A stretch of DNA of 63,516 nucleotides from an uncultured Candidatus Saccharibacteria bacterium. GTDB taxonomy: Bacteria; Patescibacteriota; Minisyncoccia; Phycocordibacterales; UBA9973. The stretch spans positions 70,856 through 134,371 of the forward strand of contig CAYLKL010000001.1 of NCBI GenBank assembly GCA_964384645.1. Reading direction: 5' to 3'. The position numbers and the translations under genes were made by a program. Position 1 is the stretch's first letter. Each line of letters begins with the position of its first letter. The notes under the pieces are model-generated. The model saw only the letters and a list, made by a program, of their open reading frames with translations, did no database searches and was not told the origin of the DNA. Positions 9,290 to 18,144 of this stretch are shown here, piece by piece.

Positions 9290-9330
9290 AATAAAAAACA
9301 CCCATCTATTAATAGGGGGTGTTTTTTATT
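9290..9330 (-). terminator. Terminator downstream of tRNA-Leu
   Basis: aataaaaaacaccc...gggtgttttttatt. Confidence 0.8.
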
Positions 9331-9332
9331 TG

Positions 9333-9416
9333 TGCGCAGAGGGAGATTTGAACTCCCACAAGATTACTCCCGCTACCACCTCAAGGTAGTGCGTCTACCA
9401 GTTTCGCCACCTGCGC
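9333..9416 (-). tRNA. tRNA-Leu(GAG)
   Basis: ctacc-tt GAG gt-ggtag arm, long variable arm, acceptor GCGCAGG/TCTGCGC. Confidence 0.95.
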
Positions 9417-9460
9417 ATATTATTGAATGCCGGTATAAAATTCATAATCATATCTTCGTC

Positions 9461-9510
9461 GCACTACCGTAGTGCGTACTATAAGTCATTATGAGTTTCG
9501 CCACCTGCAC
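9461..9510 (-). repeat. Degenerate direct duplicate of the tRNA-Leu 5' half
   Basis: gtagtgcgt (9469-9477) and agtttcgccacctgcac (9494-9510) repeat tRNA segments 9387-9395 and 9400-9416. Confidence 0.8.
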
Positions 9511-9549
9511 ATTGCCTTTCTATACTAACCGAATTATTTATTTTGTCGA

Positions 9550-9580
9550 TAAAAAACCCGCTAGATGCGGGATTTTTTAT
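9550..9580 (-). terminator. Terminator after rplS
   Basis: aaaaaacccgc-tagat-gcgggatttttt. Confidence 0.75.
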
Positions 9581-9987
9581 TCTTCAGTATTTACAACTTC
9601 TTCGGCTGGTACATCTACTTCCTCCATCTTACTTGCTCCAATAGTTACCGCTTTCATTTTTCTTTTTACTTCTCTAGCAGCCTTGTCTCGGATGTAATAA
9701 AGTTTTGATCGTCTTGCTCTAGATTTCTTTACAACTTCGATTTTATCAATAAGTGGTGAATATAGAGAAAAAATTCTTTCTACACCAACACTGTTTGAAA
9801 CTTTTCGAACAGTAAAAGTGGCTCCAATTTCAGATCCGTGCTTTCTTGAAAGAACTAGACCTTCGAAAGCCTGAGTTCGAGTTTTACCTTTTTCTTCAAT
9901 TTTTACCCATACACGAACTGTGTCCCCTGAATTGAACTCAAGTTTCTTTCTTTCGTCTATGTTTACTGGTGTAAGCGTCATTGCCAT
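9577..9987 (-). CDS. rplS: 50S ribosomal protein L19
   Basis: GDTVRVWVKIEE...QAFEGLV...TFTVRKVSNSVGVERIF...RRSKLYYIRD. Start reassigned to ATG 9987. Confidence 0.97.
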   Translation of the reverse strand: MAMTLTPVNIDERKKLEFNSGDTVRVWVKIEEKGKTRTQAFEGLVLSRKHGSEIGATFTVRKVSNSVGVERIFSLYSPLIDKIEVVKKSRARRSKLYYIRDKAAREVKRKMKAVTIGASKMEEVDVPAEEVVNTEE

Positions 9988-10012
9988 ATAGAATAGGACT
10001 TTATCACACAAA

Positions 10013-10783
10013 TTAAAGCTTTACAAGTGCCAAGGCTTTTTTGAAGTCTTCTGGCATTTCAGCCTCATAAGAAACCTGTTCTCCTTCCATTTCCTTGAAA
10101 TATATCTTGTGCGCATGAAGTGCTGGTCGCTTAAATCCCAAAACCTCTGGCTTACCTTCGGCGTACAAAGAATCAGAAACAATTGGATTGCCAATATGCG
10201 CCAAATGAACTCGAATCTGATGAGTTCTTCCTGTCTTTGGACTTGCTTCTAAGTATGTAAAAAGATTCCCCTTGTACTCAAAACTTTTAATAACTCTAAA
10301 GTTTGTAAGTGCATCCCTTTTTTCACCTCTAGTATTTTTTCCTGTTTTATATTTCCTAAAGTCCATCGTACTTCGAGCAATAGGAGCAGAAACTGCAAAA
10401 GTTGGTTTATTTATTTTTCCCCAAACAATGGCTTTGTAATTTTTTATAACTCGTCTTTTTTTGAATTGTGTTTTGAAATATAAAAATGATTTTGGGTTTT
10501 TGGCGACAATCATAATACCTGATGTATCTTTATCAAGTCGGTGTACTATACCAGGGCGATAAATTTTCAAAATAGTTTTTAGATATTTATGTGATGGCAA
10601 TTTACAAACAGGAGATCCCTCTGTTATATCTGTTGAAATTTGTTCCCCCACATTTATAGGAACCATTTTTTTCTTTATTAAAATATCAGCAAGTGTTTCG
10701 TCGCAACTTCTTCCGTCGCCATGAACAACCAAACCAGCTGGTTTGTTCAAAATAATATAATCTTTTGTTTCTTTTATTATCAT
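10013..10783 (-). CDS. RluA/RluD-family pseudouridine synthase
   Basis: NKPAGLVVH, RPGIVHRLDKDTSG, TGRTHQIRVH, LHAH. Start reassigned to ATG 10783. Confidence 0.95.
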   Translation of the reverse strand: MIIKETKDYIILNKPAGLVVHGDGRSCDETLADILIKKKMVPINVGEQISTDITEGSPVCKLPSHKYLKTILKIYRPGIVHRLDKDTSGIMIVAKNPKSFLYFKTQFKKRRVIKNYKAIVWGKINKPTFAVSAPIARSTMDFRKYKTGKNTRGEKRDALTNFRVIKSFEYKGNLFTYLEASPKTGRTHQIRVHLAHIGNPIVSDSLYAEGKPEVLGFKRPALHAHKIYFKEMEGEQVSYEAEMPEDFKKALALVKL

Positions 10784-10789
10784 AATCTC

Positions 10790-10813
10790 AAAACGCACCT
10801 TGCGGTGCGTTTT
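10790..10813 (-). terminator. Intrinsic terminator
   Basis: aaaacgcacc-ttgc-ggtgcgtttt. Confidence 0.8.
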
Positions 10814-10819
10814 ACGTTA

Positions 10820-10957
10820 CTACATTGCTGCTTCTTCTGTTGAAGATTCCTCTTCCTTGTTTTCTTCTGGCATAGCTACGCCTTCAGCTTGGTTTTCAGC
10901 ACCCATGTCTGCTGTGTTTTCATCAGCTGGCATTGTGTTATTTAGTTCGTCTGTCAT
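10820..10957 (-). CDS. 45-aa acidic small protein (not in ORF track)
   Basis: Hand translation MTDELNNTMPADENTADMGAENQAEGVAMPEENKEEESSTEEAAM with double stop TAG TAA, followed by a terminator. Confidence 0.65.
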   Translation of the reverse strand: MTDELNNTMPADENTADMGAENQAEGVAMPEENKEEESSTEEAAM

Positions 10958-11040
10958 TTTTTTGAAAGTTAAATCGAATAATCAGTCGACTTTCCCATAT
11001 TACATGAAAAAAGATATTTTACAAATAAAAGAACCAAAAT

Positions 11041-11079
11041 AAAAAGTCTAACGGTTTTAAATCACGTTAGACTTTTTTT
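11041..11079 (-). terminator. Intrinsic terminator
   Basis: aaaaagtctaac...gttagacttttt. Confidence 0.75.
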
Positions 11080-11279
11080 ACTAGATAAGCCTTATTGTCT
11101 TCTTCGTCAACATAAAGGAATTTAATTTTGGTATCTTTTACCTTAAGATTTTCCGAAACACTAACACGTAGGTTCATCAGTTTTATTGATAGATGGTAAT
11201 TTAATTCACTAACACCCTGTTCCTTCATTATTCCTATTATCTTTTGAATAAAAGGTTTCTTTATTTCGAGTCTTAACAT
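11067..11279 (-). CDS. Hypothetical protein
   Basis: 70-aa ORF with ATG, co-oriented with neighbours and followed by a terminator. Confidence 0.55.
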   Translation of the reverse strand: MLRLEIKKPFIQKIIGIMKEQGVSELNYHLSIKLMNLRVSVSENLKVKDTKIKFLYVDEEDNKAYLVKKV

Positions 11280-11327
11280 TTTAAGTTTTTTATATCTGTC
11301 GATATTCTACACTTAAACTAAAAATTG

Positions 11328-12236
11328 TCAAGCTACATTTCGATTGAGCCCCATTTTATTTTCTTTGTCATTACAAAAATTAAAAATTGTATTTGAAGCA
11401 ACGTCACCTGACAAGATATCTGGGTTTTTTTCATAATCTTCAATTTTTTCTTGCATTATCGCACTTATACGATCAAAAACGTCTGAATAAGCTTTTGATA
11501 CTTCTTTTGCGCCATGCGCGTAAGCTATTTTACAAAAAGTAGAGCATTGTTGCTGAATTTGCCAAAGAAATATAAGTTGTATTTTATGATCTGCTATTTT
11601 TTCTTTTTGATTTTTATCCTCTAAAGAAAAAAGATCCTTAACATACTCCTCATTTATAGCGATGACAATTCTTGGTACAACAATCTTTCCTTTTATTTCT
11701 TCTGAGTCAAAATACTTTATTTCCGAAAAAGTATTTGGTGCAACATTTTGTTTTATTATTCTAGCTAATTTTGCCTCCACGCCAGCTTGGTCACTTGAAA
11801 AAGTAATATCCATTCCTATGCCCATGTATTCGTTAGGGGTGCCTTCTTTTGGAAACTCGACAACCATATCTACCCCATTTTTATAATCATCAAATTTTGA
11901 TGTTGGTGTACACACACCCTTATTTTCAAGCCATTTACCTGACAACTGATCAATAACGATACCTTCTGTTATATTAGAAATTTTTTTATTTTTTTCTATT
12001 TTTTCTCTTTCAAAATCAGATAATTTTAAGTTTTCTTCTGCCCATTTTTTCTCTAAACCATCAACAAAAGAATTATCTACATCAACTTGCTCGCCATAAA
12101 GATCTCTAAAATCTTCAGTCTTAGGTCTATATATCTCTATTTTCTTTTTAGCTTTTGCTTCTAACTTAGAAAGAACTTCATCCGAAAAAGGATTTCTCTC
12201 AAGTGAGATTCTATTAGAAAAATCTTCCATGCTCAT
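11328..12236 (-). CDS. Hypothetical protein with restriction-endonuclease-like acidic motif
   Basis: TSKFDDYKNGVDMVVEF...GIGMDITFS. The ORF-track start runs through tRNA-Val, so the start is reassigned to ATG 12236 or 12230. Confidence 0.65.
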   Translation of the reverse strand: MSMEDFSNRISLERNPFSDEVLSKLEAKAKKKIEIYRPKTEDFRDLYGEQVDVDNSFVDGLEKKWAEENLKLSDFEREKIEKNKKISNITEGIVIDQLSGKWLENKGVCTPTSKFDDYKNGVDMVVEFPKEGTPNEYMGIGMDITFSSDQAGVEAKLARIIKQNVAPNTFSEIKYFDSEEIKGKIVVPRIVIAINEEYVKDLFSLEDKNQKEKIADHKIQLIFLWQIQQQCSTFCKIAYAHGAKEVSKAYSDVFDRISAIMQEKIEDYEKNPDILSGDVASNTIFNFCNDKENKMGLNRNVA

Positions 12237-12237
12237 G

Positions 12238-12310
12238 TGCGCGGTAAGGGATTTGAACCCCTGACCTTCGCTGTGTAAAAGCGCTGCTCTACCAACTGAG
12301 CTAACCGCGC
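12238..12310 (-). tRNA. tRNA-Val(TAC)
   Basis: gcgct-tt TAC ac-agcga arm, acceptor GCGCGGT/ACCGCGC. Confidence 0.95.
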
Positions 12311-12422
12311 GCACATATCTTCATAATTACAACCAGTAATTACAAAAGAACTATAGCATAAAGTGTTATTTTGTCACGAAAAAAGCCCCTGTAAATCCAG
12401 GGGCTCCTATGCAAAAATCTTT

Positions 12423-12842
12423 TTAGTTTTTCTTTTTTAATGCATCTTCTTTTGCCTTTTTCTCTGCTTCATTTTTTTTCCTAACAGCTTCTTTTATAGC
12501 AGCTTCTTGCTCTTTTTTCTTTCTAAGAGCCTCGGCTCGAGCACTAGAGATTGAATCGGCTTTTTGTTTTGCTTCAAGCTTTTTCTGCTCTTCAAGAGCT
12601 TTTTTGTCTTCGACTATTTTGGCACGAGCCGAAGCAATTGAATCATTTTTAAACTTATTTGTTTTTTCAAGCTCAATTCGAGCTTTTTCTTTTTCTTCAG
12701 CGGCCTTAATAATAGCCTCAGTCTTTTCCTTGCTCACTTTTTCAATTGAATCAATTTTAGCTTGAGTAGCTGTGTCTGTTTGAGCATTAACCGATAATGC
12801 TAGCAACAACATTGCACTTAATAGTGGGATTATTTTTTTCAT
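12423..12842 (-). CDS. Secreted K/A/E-rich coiled-coil protein
   Basis: Signal peptide ending SVNA-Q, TolA-like low-complexity body, TTGAC-type promoter upstream and terminator at about 12384-12408. Confidence 0.7.
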   Translation of the reverse strand: MKKIIPLLSAMLLLALSVNAQTDTATQAKIDSIEKVSKEKTEAIIKAAEEKEKARIELEKTNKFKNDSIASARAKIVEDKKALEEQKKLEAKQKADSISSARAEALRKKKEQEAAIKEAVRKKNEAEKKAKEDALKKKN

Positions 12843-12966
12843 TTTATGGATCTTTTTTAGTTTATTGTATTATATAATAATAAATATAAAAGTCAAACAG
12901 AAAGGGTTGTAATTTTTTAAATCTCACAAAAAGAAAACCCACCGAAGTAGATTTTCTACTGGTGGG

Positions 12967-13386
12967 TCAATGTCTTCTATAAATATCAACTTCACTTTCT
13001 TGGAAATCTTCATTTTTAAAATATTCCGCAATTTGAAATTGTAAGCCGTAAGCTATCATCTTGCCTTTTTCATCGGGAACTTGATCGTAAGACCGATAAA
13101 CATATAGTTTAGTTTTATCGGGGTTAAGAATACCAAAATGGTAAACTTCATCTTTGCCGTATTTATCTGGAAAATTTACGAGACGCACAAGTTCTTTGTC
13201 ATTTTCAGTGAGGATAGAATGGAATCCATTTTCTTCACTCCAAATGAATAAGGTTTCACCTGCACGAACCAAGTGTTCTTCAAAAAATCCTTGATTAGTT
13301 AAATTAGCAACTTCAATATTTTTACCAAGCTTCCTAGCTTTTCTATTGAAAGAAAGTAACGCTAGATTATTCAATGTGCTATTCAT
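12967..13386 (-). CDS. Hypothetical protein
   Basis: 139-aa ORF with an upstream TTGACT...TATAGT-type promoter (about 13500-13540) and a downstream hairpin. Confidence 0.65.
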   Translation of the reverse strand: MNSTLNNLALLSFNRKARKLGKNIEVANLTNQGFFEEHLVRAGETLFIWSEENGFHSILTENDKELVRLVNFPDKYGKDEVYHFGILNPDKTKLYVYRSYDQVPDEKGKMIAYGLQFQIAEYFKNEDFQESEVDIYRRH

Positions 13387-13550
13387 TTTTTAATGTATTT
13401 TACCGCAACGTGCGATGCCGAGATTATTTGATTGCGTCGTGCCATTAAGTGAGTTTGTCTATTCTCACAATATCTACTAATTTAAGGGAGTAGAAAAACC
13501 TACTATATATAATAGCATAGTTTATCTTAAAAGTCAATATCTCCCCCAGT

Positions 13551-13687
13551 CCCGCCAGGAATCGCTTCTCCCTGTGGTCGAAACGCTTAATTTTTATAGT
13601 CGCTTCGCTCTTTAAAAATTAGCGCCTTCGGTTCGATTCCTGTCGGGGCTTAAATCTAAAGTCCGAATGCGTTGCATTCGGACTTTA
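13551..13687. repeat. tRNA-Arg(TCT) 3'-mirror palindrome plus terminator
   Basis: cccgccaggaatcg (13551-13564) and ggttcgattcctgtcggggc (13630-13649) copy the tRNA 3' end in opposite orientations. Terminator ctaaagtccgaatgc-gtt-gcattcggactttag. Confidence 0.85.
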
Positions 13688-13696
13688 GTATTTTTG

Positions 13697-13768
13697 TGCC
13701 CCCGCCAGGAATCGAACCTAGAGCTACTCCTTAGAAGGGAGTCGTTTTATCCATTGAACTACGGAGGC
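13697..13768 (-). tRNA. tRNA-Arg(TCT)
   Basis: actcc-ct TCT aa-ggagt arm. Confidence 0.95.
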
Positions 13769-13776
13769 AAACACCT

Positions 13777-14097
13777 TTACTGCTCCAAACTATAACTGTT
13801 TACGACGCTCGGGTCAATGGCCTCTGACTTACTCTGTTTCAAAACTTCAACTAAATTTTCTTTCTCTTTATAAAAGATCTCGGCCTCTTTTATTTTTACC
13901 CTATCTAAAAATAACGTTTTTTCAGACACGTCTAAAACAACAGATCTTTCAAATGCTTTATACAGGTACAAAAATAAAACCACAGACACTAAAAAACCAA
14001 CGACTAAAAACCAAAAGGTAAATTTTAATATTCTTCCCCATCTATAAGCCAAAATTTCTGATATTTCATTTTTTACAAAAACTTTATTTTTATTCAT
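13777..14097 (-). CDS. Single-TM protein ending the pilMNO-like operon
   Basis: Overlaps the upstream gene by 8 bp and has one TM. Confidence 0.7.
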   Translation of the reverse strand: MNKNKVFVKNEISEILAYRWGRILKFTFWFLVVGFLVSVVLFLYLYKAFERSVVLDVSEKTLFLDRVKIKEAEIFYKEKENLVEVLKQSKSEAIDPSVVNSYSLEQ

Positions 14098-14611
14098 ATA
14101 TTTTATTTGTTAAAAACTCAGCTTCAAAAAACAATACCCACAAATCTTGAGAATTACCATTTGATTTAACCAAGTCTACTTTTAAAATTTTTATTGGATA
14201 AATATGATTCTCAATAATCTGTAGCTGTCTGGTAACTTCAGAAAATTTACCGGTTGATTTTCCAGAAAAAACAAAATTTTCACTATTTTGATTTACCACC
14301 GGAACAAAATCAAAAGAATTTTTAACTAAGTTTAAATCGTTCTTTATTTTATCCAACTTATCTTTTAGAGAGTTACTATCTACGAATAATTGATCTAGGG
14401 TGCGAACAACTTCTTTTGTTTCTGATATATCTTTTACAGCTTTCTCTACGGACAAATCGATTATTTCAGATGCACCTATTTCTTTCTTTAGACTATCAGC
14501 CGACTTTATTCCTGAAAAAATCTCGCGAATAAAAAAAATACTTGAAAAAACACCAATCAGTGCTATCAGTAAAGCAATTATAAATAAAATATTTTTCTTA
14601 CTATTTTTCAT
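14090..14611 (-). CDS. PilO-like type IV pilus assembly protein
   Basis: N-terminal TM, coiled coil, ferredoxin-like C-terminus, third gene of the operon. Start reassigned to ATG 14611. Confidence 0.6.
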   Translation of the reverse strand: MKNSKKNILFIIALLIALIGVFSSIFFIREIFSGIKSADSLKKEIGASEIIDLSVEKAVKDISETKEVVRTLDQLFVDSNSLKDKLDKIKNDLNLVKNSFDFVPVVNQNSENFVFSGKSTGKFSEVTRQLQIIENHIYPIKILKVDLVKSNGNSQDLWVLFFEAEFLTNKIYE

Positions 14612-15137
14612 AAATAACTCTGATACTAAAAGTAAAATTTTTACCTGCATTTTCTTTTGAATCAACGACGACGACCTCTTTAACTTTTGGAACCAACCTT
14701 AAACTTTCTACAAAAAGAGAGACGGCTTCTATTCTTGGTGAAACACCCGAAACATCAACGATAGAACCATCTTCCCTTTTTTCAAAGTAAAAACCATTCA
14801 ATCCAACACTGTCTGGTTTATTTTTTATAATTTGTGAAAAATAAACATCTGAAACACTAATATTTTGTTTATTTTCAAGATACAAGTTAGTTGTTTGGTT
14901 TGAATAAGCGACTTCTTTTTTTGTATCCTGAAGTGTTCTGTTTCTTTCTTCAATAGAAACAGACAGAGTCTTATTAAAATTTTCTTTCTTTAAGTTTAAA
15001 AAATATATAGAAGGAGCCAAAAACAAAGAAAATACAAAAAATGCAATTCCTAAACAAAAAAATAATATTATGTAAGCCCTTCTTTTTAGAAGAAAATCTA
15101 TTTCTCTTTTTTTATTTTGTGGTAAAAAATTTATCAT
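14601..15137 (-). CDS. PilN-like type IV pilus assembly protein
   Basis: MINFLP start, TM, and VDVSGVS...SLFVESL. Confidence 0.7.
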   Translation of the reverse strand: MINFLPQNKKREIDFLLKRRAYIILFFCLGIAFFVFSLFLAPSIYFLNLKKENFNKTLSVSIEERNRTLQDTKKEVAYSNQTTNLYLENKQNISVSDVYFSQIIKNKPDSVGLNGFYFEKREDGSIVDVSGVSPRIEAVSLFVESLRLVPKVKEVVVVDSKENAGKNFTFSIRVIYEK

Positions 15138-15138
15138 A

Positions 15139-16200
15139 TTATTTTTCTGCCATCGCCAGCCCTACAACCTGCGCAAAAGATAAAGAATCTTCGTATGTCA
15201 TTGTTGAAACAAATGACTCGCTAGTTTGTAAATTTATCCAAGGATTAGCTATTTCAACGGGAATCTTTAGAGTAGTGGCAAGATAATCCTTAAGCCCCGC
15301 CATATTAGCAGTCCCCCCTGAAAGTATTATCTTTTGTAATTTAAAATCTAAAAACATCTGCTCTTTGTTTTCTGAAATCCATTCTAAATATGTAGAATTA
15401 ATTTTATCTTTTAATATAGAAATGTTGCCGACCAAAAATTCAAAAAAATCTTTGTTTTCCAAGCTCTTATTTAGTCCAACAGAAATCTTTTTATTTTCTG
15501 CCTGAGAAAAACTAAGACCAAGTTTAGCCACCAAAGCTTTTGTGACAAGTTCTCCTCCAAAGAAGATTTCAGTCGAATATATTTTTTTACCCTTATAAAC
15601 AAAGAGTAGATCGGTCTTTCTTTTGCCTATATCGACTATTATTTGCCCACCAGAACCTCCTCCAACAGCACGAACCAAGGCGTTCCCCACAGGTTCAAGT
15701 GAAATAATTTTTATTTTTGCTTTATCAAAAATCGAAATGTAACCACCTATCGTTTGCTTCTTTGAAACAAAAACAGAAATTTTTATACTCTTTGTACTTG
15801 CTTCTATTATTTCATAATCAACTACAAAATTTTTAAAAGAAGTTCCAGATTTCTCTTCAACACTTGCCTCTACTATTTGTTTTATATTTTTTGACTTTTC
15901 AACGGGAATCTCCAAAATATATTGGAAAATATTTTTCTCATCCACCCCAACCCTTGCAAAAGATATTTTTTCTTTATTTTTTATATCTCTTAGAATTTCG
16001 ACAACTTTTTCTGGATTTAAAATTTCACCGTTTCGTATTACACCCTCTGGCAAATCAACAACGCCAAATTTACCCAGCTTATCAAAAATGCCATTCGAAT
16101 TTATTTGAACATACTTAATAGAAGTATCTGACATGTAGACACCAAAGCATGGAATATTTAAATAATTTGGAGATGGAAAAATCTTAGATAGAATTTTCAT
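15139..16200 (-). CDS. pilM: PilM type IV pilus assembly protein
   Basis: Actin-like fold motifs: IIVDIG, FGGELVT, ILSGGTANMAGL, VEIANPW, VGLA. Confidence 0.88.
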   Translation of the reverse strand: MKILSKIFPSPNYLNIPCFGVYMSDTSIKYVQINSNGIFDKLGKFGVVDLPEGVIRNGEILNPEKVVEILRDIKNKEKISFARVGVDEKNIFQYILEIPVEKSKNIKQIVEASVEEKSGTSFKNFVVDYEIIEASTKSIKISVFVSKKQTIGGYISIFDKAKIKIISLEPVGNALVRAVGGGSGGQIIVDIGKRKTDLLFVYKGKKIYSTEIFFGGELVTKALVAKLGLSFSQAENKKISVGLNKSLENKDFFEFLVGNISILKDKINSTYLEWISENKEQMFLDFKLQKIILSGGTANMAGLKDYLATTLKIPVEIANPWINLQTSESFVSTMTYEDSLSFAQVVGLAMAEK

Positions 16201-16223
16201 AGTATTTATTATAGCGCAATATT

Positions 16224-16857
16224 TTATTTTATTTCTTCAGTAACTTCAGTTGTTTCGGGTTTTTTATTAAAAAATTTATTAAATATTCTTGGCACAAGCG
16301 GCGTAATGATAGATATAAATATAAAAGCAACAAGAGCGCCGTGTAAAATAGTATTTTGAGGCAAAATACCACCTAAAAAATATCCCAAACCTCCAATACC
16401 CAAAACCCACAAAAGCGCCCCGAAAATATTATAAAAAATAAAAGTAGAATATTTCATTTTTATAACTCCAGCAATAATCGGTGCAAAAGTTCGAACTATT
16501 GGAACAAATCGTGCCACAACAATAGTTGCGATTCCATATTTATTATAAAAATGCTCTGCTTTTTCAATATAGCCCCTCTTAAAGAAAAAAGATTCTTTTT
16601 TGGTAAACCAATAAGCGCCCATCTTTTGTCCACTAAAATATCCAACAATGTCACCAATAATAGCGGAAATTGCCAAAACAAAAAACATGGCGGCAAAAGA
16701 ATAATACCCCTGCGAAGCAAAAACTCCCGCCGTCAAAATAAGAGTATCTCCTGGCAAAAAGAATCCAAAAAACAAACCCGTTTCGGCAAAAATAACAATA
16801 CCTGCCCCAAGCAGACCAAATGTCCCTATTATGTTTTCGGGTAAAAATATTTCCACA
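16224..16857 (-). CDS. DedA family membrane protein
   Basis: IFAETGLFFGFFLPGDTL and ARFVPIVRTFAP. Probable GTG start at 16857, directly after the upstream stop. Confidence 0.92.
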
Positions 16858-17190
16858 CTATGAAGCTCTTGTGCCTGGGGCAACATTAAACTCTGGATGA
16901 ATCGGAGCAAATTCTGTTTCGCCAACTGCGTACATTATCATTCCTTGGCTATCCAAACCTTTCAATTTACGAGTTGGCAAATTTGCAATAACTGGAACCA
17001 TTTTTCCTACTAGACCTTCCCAGTTAGCATATCTCTCGCGAATACCTGAAAGAATTTGGCGAGGATTTTCTTCCCCAAGATCTACCATAAATTTAATAAG
17101 CTTGTCCGCCCCCTCAACTGTTTCTGCTGAAAGAATTTTTCCTAACTTTATTTCTATTTTTGCAAAATCATCAATACTTATGTTTTCCAT
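16858..17190 (-). CDS. tRNA-binding OB-fold protein (Trbp111/CsaA/MetRS C-terminal-like)
   Basis: ISIDDFAKIEIKLGKI...ADKL...RQILSGI...ANLPTRKL...SQGM. Confidence 0.9.
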   Translation of the reverse strand: MENISIDDFAKIEIKLGKILSAETVEGADKLIKFMVDLGEENPRQILSGIRERYANWEGLVGKMVPVIANLPTRKLKGLDSQGMIMYAVGETEFAPIHPEFNVAPGTRAS

Positions 17191-17202
17191 ATATATAGTT
17201 TA

Positions 17203-17589
17203 TCAAGAATTAGCTCTCTCTAAAAATCTCTGTAATATCAAGGCGGCTGCTTGAGAGTGATCACCGCCATCTCCCCCCCTTGCTTCATCTAAAACATGCA
17301 TAGACGAAAAGCTTTCATTTTGCCATTTAACAGGCAACTTAATATCTGAAATTAGCGCTTCTTTAAAATTTTCAATTTGTTTTTGAATTTGATTTGGCTG
17401 TCCTTGGTCATTTATCGATTTGCCCAAAACTATTGTTTCCACTTTTTCCAAATGACAAATATCTTTTATTGAAGCTATAAGTCCTCCTTCATTTTTTAAA
17501 GTCTTGAAAGGAAAAGCTATTTGTCCGTCATCGTCTGAAATAGCGACTCCAATATTTTTTCCTCCAAAATCAATTCCCAGGTATTTCAT
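17203..17589 (-). CDS. ruvX: YqgF/RuvX pre-16S rRNA nuclease
   Basis: MKYLGIDFG...VAISD...NESFSS...DHSQAAALILQRFL. Confidence 0.9.
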   Translation of the reverse strand: MKYLGIDFGGKNIGVAISDDDGQIAFPFKTLKNEGGLIASIKDICHLEKVETIVLGKSINDQGQPNQIQKQIENFKEALISDIKLPVKWQNESFSSMHVLDEARGGDGGDHSQAAALILQRFLERANS

Positions 17590-17647
17590 AACCTGGAATA
17601 TACCACACAATATGGCGCTTTGAATAACACCTTGCTATAATTGCCCC

Positions 17648-17944
17648 GTGCAGAACGATACAATAATTTTTATAGTAATTTTTCTTTTAAGTTTTTGGAC
17701 ACTTATTTGGAAAATTTTTTCTGTTTGGACAGCAGCTCGAAACGGAGACCGAGGATGGTTTGTTGCCCTGCTTTTACTAAACACACTTTCTATTTTAGAC
17801 ATTTGGTATCTTTTTAAAGTAGCTAAAATACCAAAAGAGAGAGTAGCTCAAGTTTTCAAAAGACCAATTCGAAAACTTTTTGAAAAATCAGTCGCAACAC
17901 CAAGAAGTGAAAACCAAAAAGAAGAAGAGAGTTTTAAGTTATAA
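17648..17944 (+). CDS. Small membrane protein (DUF5652-like)
   Basis: WTLIWK...WTAARNGDRGWFVALLLLNTLSIL. GTG start. Confidence 0.75.
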   Translation: MQNDTIIFIVIFLLSFWTLIWKIFSVWTAARNGDRGWFVALLLLNTLSILDIWYLFKVAKIPKERVAQVFKRPIRKLFEKSVATPRSENQKEEESFKL

Positions 17945-17970
17945 AGTTGAAAGTAGAAAGTTATAAAGTC
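17935..17970. repeat. AAGTTATAAAGTTGAAAGT short tandem tract
   Basis: Degenerate 7-8 nt repeats. A reverse-complement copy lies at about 29118-29150. Confidence 0.7.
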
Positions 17971-17977
17971 CGAAACT

Positions 17978-18005
17978 AAAAGCGCTCCCTCACGGGAGCG
18001 CTTTA
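17978..18005 (+). terminator. Intrinsic terminator
   Basis: aaaagcgctccc-tcac-gggagcgcttt. Confidence 0.85.
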
Positions 18006-18057
18006 AATTTTACATAAAAACTTGAGAAAAATACGAAAATACAGTAATCTATTCAAC

Positions 18058-18144
18058 GGAGGTGTGGCTGAGTGGTTGAAGGCGGCAGTCTTGAAAACTG
18101 TTGTATGGGAAACCGTACCGCGAGTTCGAATCTCGCCGCCTCCG
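18058..18144 (+). tRNA. tRNA-Ser(TGA)
   Basis: gcagt-ct TGA aa-actgt arm, long variable arm. Confidence 0.95.

Noticed and set aside
10600-10690. ~25-aa insertion in the pseudouridine synthase as an intein or intron
   Set aside because: It is in frame, too short, and has no intein or splice motifs. It is probably a variable loop.
12237-12314. N-terminal extension of ORF 11328-12314
   Set aside because: It is the tRNA-Val gene read as codons.
13551-13768. Prophage or integrative element at tRNA att sites
   Set aside because: The direct arms enclose only about 140 bp, and no integrase or phage genes are in the window.
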